From an uncultured Gammaproteobacteria bacterium (GTDB lineage: Bacteria; Patescibacteriota; Microgenomatia; Daviesbacterales; UBA10151): a DNA stretch of 64,000 nt. The position numbers were made by a program, and so were the translations under genes. Within the stretch, counting starts at the first letter, position 1. The number at the start of each line of letters is the position of its first letter. The stretch is from assembly GCA_964446685.1 (NCBI GenBank), contig CAYUPO010000001.1, forward strand, positions 38,912 through 102,911, read 5' to 3'. Shown here piece by piece: positions 27,392 to 36,372 of this stretch. Below the pieces are notes generated by a model. It did not search any database. It saw only the letters and a list, made by a program, of their open reading frames with translations, and had not been told where the DNA came from.

Positions 27392-28054
27392 TCAGCAAGA
27401 CAGGGCTTTTTTGCATTGGTCTTTGGCTCCGCCGGGGAGTTTGTCACAGGCCCCACATTGGGCGGCTTTAAGATCTATAGTGCCGGAGTTTGTGGCTTTA
27501 GTCATATTTTGGTTTAGACTGCCCATATCCTGAAACTGAATATTCTGGGGCAGGGTGAATTTGCTGCTTTCAACTGCCTCTGACTGACATTCGACATTAA
27601 ATTCCCGGTTAAGATCTATTGCACCTGAGGAAGATGCTCCTATCTGCTGTGAGATATTTTCAATTGAAACTTTGTAACCCTGACTTTGTCCATCCATCCA
27701 GACATAAGAGCTGTCACCCTGAACAATCATATGAGAAGTAGTAGATTTACCATTTACAGATGTTGAAAAATCCCCTTTCATCTGACCATCTGAAACATAT
27801 GTTGTACCAGTGACACTGCCATCAGCAAATGTGCATTTTTGACTGACACCGTTTCGCCAAAGATCTTTTAGAGAAGTCTGTTGGTTTTGATTGGCTGAAG
27901 GAGCAAGACTGGCTGATGCAGAAGCAGTTATTTCAGTTGAAACACTTTCTTTAATTGGTGCAGAAAATACGTTATTTTTGACCCAGGAAATACCAGCTCC
28001 CGAAAGGGCAAGAGAAATTATAATAAATACACCAATCAAAACTTTATTAGTCAT
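27392..28054 (-). CDS. Secreted hypothetical protein with C-terminal Cys-rich tail
   Basis: Signal/TM VLIGVFIIISLALSGAGISW. Ser/Thr/Gly-rich body. C-terminal CGACDKLPGGAKDQCKKALSC. Confidence 0.35.
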   Translation of the reverse strand: MTNKVLIGVFIIISLALSGAGISWVKNNVFSAPIKESVSTEITASASASLAPSANQNQQTSLKDLWRNGVSQKCTFADGSVTGTTYVSDGQMKGDFSTSVNGKSTTSHMIVQGDSSYVWMDGQSQGYKVSIENISQQIGASSSGAIDLNREFNVECQSEAVESSKFTLPQNIQFQDMGSLNQNMTKATNSGTIDLKAAQCGACDKLPGGAKDQCKKALSC

Positions 28055-28134
28055 GAGTAGAGTAGTATACAGGTATTCTAGCTAAAGTAAATGAATAATT
28101 GGGTAAGAAAATACAGTTCTCTTACATTAAAAAA

Positions 28135-29499
28135 CTAGAAAATCTGAAAAAAAGCTGCTGCAATACTTGCTGTAATGATAATAACTGAACAAAGGAGGTA
28201 TTTCAGAGCAAACTCTCTGGTACCCTGTAAATAGCTGTATGTTGTTTTGGCTAATAAATTTACTCCGTTGGCCAAAACCAACGCCCAAACTCCAAGTGTG
28301 AGGGAGATCTGATTACCTGAAAGCTGGGAAGTGTTTATAACTATGGCGTCTATTCCGGTGAGAGCTCCCAGGGCAGAGGTGACTAAAAATCCATTGCTGC
28401 CATAAAATTCAATTGCAATTTTAGACATAATATTAATCACTAAATAAATTCCCATAAATCTTAAGGCGGAAGTTAAGGAAAATATCTGGTGTGACTGGTC
28501 TATTTTTTTACTGTCTACCACTTTTTGATTTTTACTTGCAGATGATGCTCGCAAAAAGAAAAACCCAATCATAAGAGAGCTGATTATTAATGAAGCCAGC
28601 ACCGGCAAAAATGATACAAATAACTGGGAATTTAATGATGCCAGAATCATTGCCACAGGTAAAAAACTGACTAAAGTTGCCAGAACTGCACCGGCAAGTA
28701 ATGGGTTCATATTTTTGGTTGTTTTACTTTCCTGAGCAATCGAAATAGTGGTGGCGGTAGATGAAACAAACCCACCGACCAGTGATGCGACAAGCCAGCC
28801 TTTACCCTGACCAATCGTTCTTTCCAAAACATAACCTAGAAGATCAACTCCTGTGATCAACACCACAATCAGCCATAATTTAAAAGGATTTATCAGTTCC
28901 AGACCAGCAATTTTGCTTATATCCCAACCAATATTATTAAAAAAGTTTTCAAAGCCATGAAAATCAGATAAAGCAAAAGTCTGATTTGGCAAAAAAGGCA
29001 GAATCACAAAAGCTAAAATAGCAAAACTAATTAAGGCATTAATTTCATGCTGTCTGATATCTTTGATAAATTTTTTGATCTCTTCTTTACGGGACATTAA
29101 CAGAACCAGTACTACTGTTAAGGCTGCAACTACCTGAACCGGGAGCAGATTGGTAACAATTAAAAATCCAATTAAATAAGTATAGATCACTGAAATTTCC
29201 GTTGTGATTCCAGGGTCCATTGTTAAGCGGCTGTCGAAGATGTAATAGATCATCAGCAGAACAAAAAATGCAATGGTAATAATTCCTGCAAAAATCGGAT
29301 TACTGGTAAAAAGTAATGCACTAATAGCACCCAAACCACTGACTAGAGAAAATGTTCGGAGTCCCAAAACAGCTTGCTTACCTGAAGAGTCACCCTGAAT
29401 ATCTTTTTGTTCATTGATCTCTCTTTCCAGTCCAATAACTGCACCCAAAGCAAAAGAGATCAGTAATTTAAGTGGTATATCAAGCGCATCCATGACCAA
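28135..29499 (-). CDS. MgtC/SapB-family membrane protein with C-terminal DUF4010-like extension
   Basis: N-terminus LKLLISFALGAVIGLEREINEQ...LGLRTFSLVSGLGAI matches the MgtC N-terminal domain. Remaining ~300 aa polytopic. Confidence 0.55.
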   Translation of the reverse strand: MVMDALDIPLKLLISFALGAVIGLEREINEQKDIQGDSSGKQAVLGLRTFSLVSGLGAISALLFTSNPIFAGIITIAFFVLLMIYYIFDSRLTMDPGITTEISVIYTYLIGFLIVTNLLPVQVVAALTVVLVLLMSRKEEIKKFIKDIRQHEINALISFAILAFVILPFLPNQTFALSDFHGFENFFNNIGWDISKIAGLELINPFKLWLIVVLITGVDLLGYVLERTIGQGKGWLVASLVGGFVSSTATTISIAQESKTTKNMNPLLAGAVLATLVSFLPVAMILASLNSQLFVSFLPVLASLIISSLMIGFFFLRASSASKNQKVVDSKKIDQSHQIFSLTSALRFMGIYLVINIMSKIAIEFYGSNGFLVTSALGALTGIDAIVINTSQLSGNQISLTLGVWALVLANGVNLLAKTTYSYLQGTREFALKYLLCSVIIITASIAAAFFQIF

Positions 29500-29559
29500 A
29501 GAGTATACAATATTTTCCCTAAACTTGAAAATTTAGCCAAAAGGTCTTAAACTCAACAT

Positions 29560-29964
29560 ATGTTAAAAGGCTTCAGAGATTTTTTGTTGAGAGGTAATGT
29601 GGTTGATTTAGCTGTTGCGGTAGTTGTTGGTGCAGCTTTTTCTCAGATTGTTACCGCTTTATCTAAAGATATTATCACTCCGGCAATCGGTATCATCGGC
29701 GGCACTCCGGATTTTTCATCTTACAAATATTCAATCAATGGCAGTGAACTTCTGCTGGGAGATTTTATTAATGCTATTGTCAGTTTTCTGATAACTGCTT
29801 CAGTTATTTACTTTTTTATCGTTGTACCAATGAACCGTTTATCAGCCAGACTGAAAAGAAATGAAAAAATAGATCCAACAGACAGACCCTGTCCGGAATG
29901 TCTAAGTGAAATCCCTCTTAAAGCAAAAAGATGCAAATTTTGCACAGCGATAATTAAAAAATAG
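29560..29964 (+). CDS. mscL: Large-conductance mechanosensitive channel MscL with C-terminal CPxC...CKxC zinc-ribbon-like extension
   Basis: MLKGFRDFLLRGNVVDLAVAVVVGAAFSQIVTALSKDIITPAIG is the MscL signature N-terminus. Two TM. Tail RPCPECLSEIPLKAKRCKFCTAIIKK. Confidence 0.75.
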   Translation: MLKGFRDFLLRGNVVDLAVAVVVGAAFSQIVTALSKDIITPAIGIIGGTPDFSSYKYSINGSELLLGDFINAIVSFLITASVIYFFIVVPMNRLSARLKRNEKIDPTDRPCPECLSEIPLKAKRCKFCTAIIKK

Positions 29965-30010
29965 TTTCTATTTTTCTTTTAAATTTTTCAACAAAAGGTT
30001 ACGGGTTGTT

Positions 30011-31246
30011 TTAAGGATATCTTTGAATAGCTTCTTCTGGGGTAAGCATCTCGCCTACTGAGTGGTCATCATTTATTATTACAACCTGGTTAGTATGCTC
30101 CGTGTCATGTACCAGATTTTTAATATGAATTCCTGGATGGACACTACGCCAGAAATAATGGACAAATTCAGTGATCTGATCATGAGTCATTCCCCCGCCC
30201 TTGGCGCGCAATGTTTCTTCTGCCTGATCTCTCCACTTTAAACTCATCTGATAATTGGCCACATATAAGACATTCAGAAACTCAAACATCATCCATAAAT
30301 GGGCATAGCTTTCCAGCTTTTTATTGACCATTTTGGCAAACTCCTGATCTGACTCTTTTTCCAATGCTGGTAATCCGCTTGAGAAAACTGATTCATCAGT
30401 TACCTGTCTTGCTCCCAGCATCCAGCCATCATAAAAAATAAAATCCGGTTTTTTGGTGACCAGTCTCCACGCAGTTGGTAAAGATTTCTTAGGAATTATC
30501 ACCTCCCCTGTTCCGCTAAAAAGGACATTATCCTGATCTTTTTCAGTTACTGTAACTGTTTGGCCTTTTTGGGTATTAAGAAATGTAATCAACTCTTCTG
30601 GTAATAATTTCTCAACAATTGGCACTAAAGAACCCATATTTTCTGATAACAAAATTTCTTTTCCAGCAAAAGTTAATTCAGTTAAACGAAGCGATAATAC
30701 TTCTTGGATTTGTTTGTTAACAGTCATTGTTTCAGTGACAACAGCAGCTTTTAACTCAGCTCCTTGCACAATATTGACCCATCTAAAGCGGTCTCCATCA
30801 CCTTGATGTGCACCTTTGTCATAACCTGAAACAATAATAGGAGATTCCCCCATCTGCTGCAGATCACGTAAATCCAAAATTGCCAAAGGAATATCATGCG
30901 TTACTCCCCTTCTAATAAACCGGGGATCCTGCTGTCTTATTTCACACAGCTTTTGATGGGTCACATAATGGTCATCAATTGATCTTGAAACTGAAGTAAA
31001 ACCAAGATGTTTTAAAAGTATTTCCAAAATCTCTCCCTGAGTCGTTTTACCTGCTCCCTGAATTGCCGAAACACCAACAATGATTCCGTCAGTGGAGCTC
31101 TTTTTTTTCTTTAGATCAATTAATTTAGCAATGTAAGGGAGATAATAATGCTCGAGGTTTTGCTTTAGCTGTTCTTTATTTACTTCTGGTCTTTTAGAAA
31201 AAAAATCATCAAATATTACAATATCTTTTTCCACATCAAAGTCCAT
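30011..31246 (-). CDS. P-loop kinase, D-glycerate 3-kinase (GLYK, plant/yeast type)-like
   Basis: Walker A GVSAIQGAGKTT and following SIDDHYVTH resemble the GLYK motifs GxSxPQGxGKTT / SIDDFYLT. 411 aa. Assignment tentative. Confidence 0.4.
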   Translation of the reverse strand: MDFDVEKDIVIFDDFFSKRPEVNKEQLKQNLEHYYLPYIAKLIDLKKKKSSTDGIIVGVSAIQGAGKTTQGEILEILLKHLGFTSVSRSIDDHYVTHQKLCEIRQQDPRFIRRGVTHDIPLAILDLRDLQQMGESPIIVSGYDKGAHQGDGDRFRWVNIVQGAELKAAVVTETMTVNKQIQEVLSLRLTELTFAGKEILLSENMGSLVPIVEKLLPEELITFLNTQKGQTVTVTEKDQDNVLFSGTGEVIIPKKSLPTAWRLVTKKPDFIFYDGWMLGARQVTDESVFSSGLPALEKESDQEFAKMVNKKLESYAHLWMMFEFLNVLYVANYQMSLKWRDQAEETLRAKGGGMTHDQITEFVHYFWRSVHPGIHIKNLVHDTEHTNQVVIINDDHSVGEMLTPEEAIQRYP

Positions 31247-31299
31247 TCATTATTATGGACATATTAGTATTAATGTAGCAATAGGAAGTTAATCCCTGC

Positions 31300-31350
31300 T
31301 ATTTGATATTAGATATTGGATATTTGATATTTGATATTTGATATTAATAT
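31300..31350. repeat. Tandem GATATT(T) repeats (~7 units)
   Basis: atttgatattagatattggatatttgatatttgatatttgatattaatatta upstream of the glycerate-kinase-like gene start. Confidence 0.75.
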
Positions 31351-31421
31351 TATCTTCTTTTTGAACATAAAAAAGGGACCTTTGCAGATCCCTGTTTTAT
31401 GTAAGATAGTGGGTAGATAGT

Positions 31422-31754
31422 TTAGTATCTATTTCTCCCATTATCGTAACCTCCGCCACCCCCACGGTTGTTAGAGCCATTTCTGTCTCCTCCACCTTGT
31501 GGACGTTCTTCACGAGGTCTGGCTACTGAAACACCGAGTCTTCGACCATCTTGGTCTGATCCTTCAAGTGCTTTGATTGCTGCTTGCGCTTCATCATCAT
31601 TAGCCATTTCTACAAATCCGAATCCTTTGCTTTGTCCAGTAAATTTATCAGTTATTACCTGAGCTGACTGAACTGTTCCAAAAGCTTCAAACATTGCTTG
31701 TAAATCTGAGCTCGTTTTAGCATAGGTTAATCCACCTACGAATAATTTTGTCAT
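31422..31754 (-). CDS. RRM-type RNA-binding protein with C-terminal Gly/Arg-rich (RGG) tail
   Basis: RNP-2 KLFVGGL and RNP-1 KGFGFVEM. Tail RPQGGGDRNGSNNRGGGGGYDNGRNRY. Confidence 0.8.
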   Translation of the reverse strand: MTKLFVGGLTYAKTSSDLQAMFEAFGTVQSAQVITDKFTGQSKGFGFVEMANDDEAQAAIKALEGSDQDGRRLGVSVARPREERPQGGGDRNGSNNRGGGGGYDNGRNRY

Positions 31755-31894
31755 TTTGCTTTCACCGCCTTCTTTTTAAAAAACCTCTTATGGAAATTGT
31801 TGCTTAGGAGAGTAAATCTTAAACGTTTATATCAACCAGAGTCTGTTAACTATAACCATTATCTATATAAATAGCAATCAGGCAGTCCAAACAA

Positions 31895-32311
31895 CTATTC
31901 ACCTGGCTTGGGTTTGGTTTCACCTTTTTTAATAATCTCTTTTAGTATCTCAAGATCTATATCTTCAATTTTTTTAAATCTAATACAGCTTTTTCCAATT
32001 GATGATTTTGGTAGCTTTGATTTATAACTTTCGGCAACATACTCTTTGCCATCAATAGCACAAACATAGACTGAGATATAATTTTTTTGTGAGGCCAATG
32101 CAATAATACACCAGTCCCCTTCTCTGCCTGAAGCATACTTATAGTGATAACTACCGTAGCCTATCATGCCGGAAATAATATATGGCTTAAGCTGAGGTAC
32201 TGTTTTTAAAATTAACTGATGCAGCTGCAGAATCTGACTTTTTCTTGGCTCGTCAATTCTTTCGATATACTCCTCTGGTGTTTTTGCATCAGTTACTTTG
32301 AACATGTTCAT
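31895..32311 (-). CDS. DUF1801-like (YdhG-like) domain protein
   Basis: 138 aa. ...GMIGYGSYHYKYASGREGDWCIIALASQKNYISVYV... fits DUF1801 pattern. Tentative. Confidence 0.35.
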   Translation of the reverse strand: MNMFKVTDAKTPEEYIERIDEPRKSQILQLHQLILKTVPQLKPYIISGMIGYGSYHYKYASGREGDWCIIALASQKNYISVYVCAIDGKEYVAESYKSKLPKSSIGKSCIRFKKIEDIDLEILKEIIKKGETKPKPGE

Positions 32312-32410
32312 AATTGGTTATTATAACTTATCACTTAATTATTAACCAAAACTTATCTGATACTTACTCAGCAGTATTACATTTAATACATGAGTATTAA
32401 TTTCTTTAAT

Positions 32411-32536
32411 ATGAATGGATTAACAGCTTTGCTGTTTGGAATATTAATTTTGATTTTCCCAAAAATTATAAATTATCTGATTGCAATTTACCTGATCATC
32501 ACAGGCCTAATCGCCATCTTCGGTCCAATCGGATAA
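32411..32536 (+). CDS. Unlisted 41-aa small membrane protein, DUF3096-like
   Basis: Hand translation: MNGLTALLFGILILIFPKIINYLIAIYLIITGLIAIFGPIG. Two short TM segments and Pro in the middle, like DUF3096. Below ORF-track length cut-off; coordinates hand-indexed. Confidence 0.35.
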   Translation: MNGLTALLFGILILIFPKIINYLIAIYLIITGLIAIFGPIG

Positions 32537-32559
32537 ACAGATAACCAATTATCCTATTT

Positions 32560-32708
32560 GTCATTTCGCAAGAAATAGCTTGCTCATTCTAGCTTGACCA
32601 GAATCATTTCAATAAAACGTCATTTGAAGTGTAGTGAGAAATCTTAATACTAGTCAGGAATTAACTTGGTTTTAATCTAGAGATCTCTCGCTCCTCGCTC
32701 GAGATGAC
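32560..32708. mobile_element. MITE-like element copy (partial left-end duplication 32560-32618 + complete ~90-bp element 32619-32708)
   Basis: gtcatttcgcaagaaat... then gtcatttgaagtgtagtgagaaatc...ttggttttaatctagagatctctcgctcctcgctcgagatgac. Termini identical to the 14.7 kb copy. Confidence 0.6.
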
Positions 32709-32731
32709 ACTGGGTCTATCTACTATCTAAA

Positions 32732-34036
32732 CTAATCGTCATCATCATCTTCCTGAGCTACATCTTCCATGTCTTTTGGTAAAGCTGGATTAATCAAAAA
32801 TCCTTTGAGATCTTTGCGGCCGACTATCAGAGGATATTTTAGATGACTTCTATCAACAACAGTAGCTGTTGAGACGATCTCTTTGCCGTGTAAAGTAAAT
32901 TTAATTTTTACGGCTGGTCTTGAACCAACCCCACTGGCGGATTTTATCATAATCTGCCTGTCCAAAATTTCTAATCCAAGCTCTTTGACCATTTTATGAT
33001 CCAGTGAAGTCCGGTAAGCGCCAGTATCAAGTTTGGCTAAATAAATCTTAGTTTCGTCCTCTTTCATAAATGTCACCTGCTCTACAGCATCCAAGATAAT
33101 TAATGAGTTTTCCTCTTCTTCGGATTCACTAAACAAAGACCTGGCCAGCTCTATTCCTCTTTCCGCTGATGGAATTGGTAAATTTTCGATTCTCTCAAGC
33201 CTGGTCCGCATTGAAGCCTGATTAGCTATCTGGATCTGTAATCCGGGTCGGGCATTAATTTCCAATACCAAAGGGCCTTTGTTTTTATCTATCACTATAT
33301 CCACACCGGCGTATCCCAGTCCTGAAGCTTCCTGAGCACGGGAAGCCATTAGTAAGATTTTTTCCCACTCTGGTATTCTCATGCCGATGATTGTGGCCAG
33401 CTTTTTTTGACTTTCAGGAGAGGTTGGATTTTTTATTAAAGCATGAAAAGCTTCACCATTTCGTAAATTGAGACCGACTGCAATAGCGCCCATATGAATA
33501 TTGGCTTTGCCTTCAGATTGTTTAGTTGGCAGTCTTAACATCGCCATCACCGGGACTTTATTAAAAACAATCACCCGGATATCAGGCAGACCAACATCAG
33601 TCATTTTCTTGAAAAAAGGATCAGGTCTGATCAACTCCTCAACATAAGCGATATCCGGCAGAGCTTGCAGTGAATAAACGCCATCTAAAACGTCAAAGAT
33701 ATGCGATTCGATATCCGCCCGGGAATATTTTTTGCCGGAAGTTGTAATCCCTTTTCTGCCATCCCAGCTTTCAAAAGCCAGAATTCCTTCACCACCATAC
33801 CCTCTGGATGGTTTGATCACAAAGCCATTTGTCGGTAAAGTCCAGTCAAAATCACGAATACTTTCCGGGGAATTAAAGGTAGTTATCAGCTGACTGGTCG
33901 GGACTTCATGCTTGATTAGCAGTTTTTTGGTCTCGATTTTATCATCCGCTCTTTTTTTAGCGCGGGCTTTGTTAAATTTACGTATATAAATGAAATTTCG
34001 GGCGTTCATCCCGAGAGCGCTGGTACTAATTGCCAT
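32732..34036 (-). CDS. RimK-type ATP-grasp amino-acid ligase fused to C-terminal retropepsin-like (DUF785) aspartyl protease domain
   Basis: ATP-grasp core (FVIKPSRGYGGEGI..., GYAGVDIVIDKNKGPLVLEINARPG). C-terminal ~120 aa with retroviral-type DTG motif (IYLAKLDTGAYRTSLD) and GRKDLKGFLINP. Confidence 0.65.
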   Translation of the reverse strand: MAISTSALGMNARNFIYIRKFNKARAKKRADDKIETKKLLIKHEVPTSQLITTFNSPESIRDFDWTLPTNGFVIKPSRGYGGEGILAFESWDGRKGITTSGKKYSRADIESHIFDVLDGVYSLQALPDIAYVEELIRPDPFFKKMTDVGLPDIRVIVFNKVPVMAMLRLPTKQSEGKANIHMGAIAVGLNLRNGEAFHALIKNPTSPESQKKLATIIGMRIPEWEKILLMASRAQEASGLGYAGVDIVIDKNKGPLVLEINARPGLQIQIANQASMRTRLERIENLPIPSAERGIELARSLFSESEEEENSLIILDAVEQVTFMKEDETKIYLAKLDTGAYRTSLDHKMVKELGLEILDRQIMIKSASGVGSRPAVKIKFTLHGKEIVSTATVVDRSHLKYPLIVGRKDLKGFLINPALPKDMEDVAQEDDDDD

Positions 34037-34955
34037 TGGTTTTTATTGCCTGAAAGCGGAAGTACTCGGTCAATCTGAGACCAAAATATCTTCCGATCAG
34101 TAAGTTGAGCGGGATAAGCAGCAGGATTAATTCAGGATAAAGCAAAACTGCGTCCCGCAGCGGATTGTATTGCAAAATGGCATACCCTAAAAGTCCTATG
34201 CCAACTGTCAGAATGGTGATATTCATAGTTTCGATCAGACTTCTTTGTAACTGTAAAGACACAATTTTGTCTGATAATAAAATGAAGACCAATATTGGGA
34301 AAATCGAGATGTACTGAACGGATAAAATACCCATCCTGGCACTAAATACGAGTGATAAAAAGACCATAATTGAGACCAAAAAGAGTGATAAAGCCATTTT
34401 TGGCAACTGCATGATTCTGACCTGCTTTAAGATAATCCGGGATGTTAATGAAGCAATTAAAATACTAATAATTAATATCGTTCCCGCAGTTAGACCTGTG
34501 GCAATCAAAGAGACAGATAAAATAATTGGTACCAGCATCTCCATACTTGGCAAACCAATCACCAACCTGATAAAAGCGATAATACTGGCTAAAACAGGCA
34601 GTAATAAAATAAGCACTATCGTGTTGGCAGGCACTCCCACAGCTACTGCATACTGTACAGTAAAAGCCATAAAATTTATTGGATTTAGACTGCCTTCGGG
34701 ACGCTGCTGAAACAGTTTTAAGACAGCTTCTTTCTCCTGGGTCTCCTCAGGCTTTGTAATATCATCTTTTTTAAGATCAGCCAAAAGTTGAGCCAAAGAA
34801 GCCGAATCAGTCGCAATGGTGGCAGATTCACTTGCTGAAGCAGTTGCTTCAAGAGAAGGTGATGGTGAAAATCGCAACGGATTTTGTACGGCCTCTACCG
34901 AACCTGGCAAAACAAAAAACAGGCTGAAGGCCAAAATTAATAGGGGGAGTTTCAT
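34026..34955 (-). CDS. Signal-peptide-bearing multi-TM membrane protein translationally coupled to the RimK-retropepsin gene
   Basis: Signal MKLPLLILAFSLFFVLPGSVEA. ~90 aa Ala/Ser/Thr/Glu-rich ectodomain. About 7 TM helices. 11-bp overlap with downstream ATP-grasp start. Confidence 0.5.
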   Translation of the reverse strand: MKLPLLILAFSLFFVLPGSVEAVQNPLRFSPSPSLEATASASESATIATDSASLAQLLADLKKDDITKPEETQEKEAVLKLFQQRPEGSLNPINFMAFTVQYAVAVGVPANTIVLILLLPVLASIIAFIRLVIGLPSMEMLVPIILSVSLIATGLTAGTILIISILIASLTSRIILKQVRIMQLPKMALSLFLVSIMVFLSLVFSARMGILSVQYISIFPILVFILLSDKIVSLQLQRSLIETMNITILTVGIGLLGYAILQYNPLRDAVLLYPELILLLIPLNLLIGRYFGLRLTEYFRFQAIKTNGN

Positions 34956-35034
34956 AAAAGAATGTTAACAGATATAGCAGCTCTAGTAAATGAGTTTTTG
35001 TAACTCTGCAGTAAGAATCAGGTGTGACTTTTTA

Positions 35035-36030
35035 TCATTTAGATTCAAAATAATTGTATACCGCTTTTGAGACATCTGCTATCCGATCTTCGGCTGCAGC
35101 GGGCGCTGGTGACTCTGACAGAACTACTATTATATATTCCCCCTTTTTGCCGTAGACAATTCCGGCATCATGAGTAAACATTCCCAGCTCCCCAGTTTTA
35201 TGAGCCACAGTCACACCTTCGGGCAAGGCTGCCGGTAATTTATTATTAAGTCTCTGTTTTTTGAGCAGTTCCAGCATTTTGTCGGTATTTTCCTGATTTG
35301 CTAGCTGGCCAGAACGAAGTTTTTCATAAAATTTGAGCATATCCAGGGCTGTAGTCTTTGGGTCCCCTCCAACAGCTGAGTCTTTAAAACCGTTTTCTGT
35401 TAGAAACTGCCTGACTGTTGAAAGCTTATTTTTTTCAGTTAAGAGCATTGCTGCGTAATTGTGTGAGATAGTGATCATTTGGGTTAAAGCCTGATTGACA
35501 GTCATGGTGATACCTCCGGAAGTTAACTCAGCATTTTCCGGGTCAATTCCAAAAGTTTGGTTTAAATCGGCTATAGTCCGACTCATCTTCTCTTCTGGAT
35601 CCAGCTCCCCTGACTGAATTTTGTGAAATGACTCAGCCATTACCCAAAGTTTATAAAGTGATCCGGTTTCAAATGATTTATTTTCATTTAAATAATATTC
35701 TTCACCAGTGCTGAGGTTTTTAATAGCTACTGCATACGATCCTTTGGTTCCCTCAAGTGCTGTCGCCACTATTTTGCCAAGTGGAGAAAGCTGTACTTCA
35801 GGAGATGGCGACGGCTGTGTTGGTTCAGGGGTCATGGAGGCTGTTTGGTTAGTTCCTAAAACCTGAACTTGGATTGAATCAGGTTCTACATCTTTCCATA
35901 ACCTGTATGCTTCAACTTTTTCCAAACTAAAATAAACTCCATAACTCATTATTCCCAGAAGAACTAAAAAAACTAATGGTGTTGCAGATGATCTGGGTGA
36001 TTGTCGCTTAAGGTGCACAGAGCGGCGCAT
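35035..36030 (-). CDS. Membrane-anchored class A beta-lactamase-like serine hydrolase
   Basis: SxxK (ETGSLYKLWV), SxN (ISHNYAAM), KTG (AHKTGELG) motifs in canonical order and spacing. N-terminal TM. Confidence 0.6.
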   Translation of the reverse strand: MRRSVHLKRQSPRSSATPLVFLVLLGIMSYGVYFSLEKVEAYRLWKDVEPDSIQVQVLGTNQTASMTPEPTQPSPSPEVQLSPLGKIVATALEGTKGSYAVAIKNLSTGEEYYLNENKSFETGSLYKLWVMAESFHKIQSGELDPEEKMSRTIADLNQTFGIDPENAELTSGGITMTVNQALTQMITISHNYAAMLLTEKNKLSTVRQFLTENGFKDSAVGGDPKTTALDMLKFYEKLRSGQLANQENTDKMLELLKKQRLNNKLPAALPEGVTVAHKTGELGMFTHDAGIVYGKKGEYIIVVLSESPAPAAAEDRIADVSKAVYNYFESK

Positions 36031-36152
36031 AACTACTTATTATATAGAAGTTAAAACAAGTTTGCCTGAGAAAAATTATTATTTAGGTAACTATTCTGAA
36101 TCAGCCTACTAAACGGAATATCCTATAGCAGCTTGCTTTTTGTAAAAAGATG

Positions 36153-36161
36153 TGTTACAAT
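36153..36161 (+). promoter_or_regulatory. Candidate extended -10 promoter (TGtTACAAT) ~210 nt upstream of the DEAD-box helicase start, implying a long 5' UTR
   Basis: ttgtaaaaagatgtgttacaatgac within the 340-bp intergenic region 36031-36372. Confidence 0.25.
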
Positions 36162-36372
36162 GACTTTTAGTTGATTTAGAATTTGAGCTATACAACGAAT
36201 TTTCCCTTCAAGTTCCTCCAGAAATACGGATGAATGCTACCAGGTTAGCGGGTCAGATCTCTTTGAAAGTAGCTCCAAAATAATTGCGATTTATATCCAT
36301 TTAATTTATTTCCAAGTCAATACTAATTTAACTCCTAATATATATGTTGGGAGTTAAAAACAAAGTAATTTA

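Noticed and set aside
30011-31246. Calling the P-loop protein a uridine kinase or PRK
   Set aside because: The GxSxxQGxGKTT + SIDDxY pattern fits plant-type glycerate 3-kinase better than Udk/PRK, but the evidence is thin, so it is kept at low confidence.
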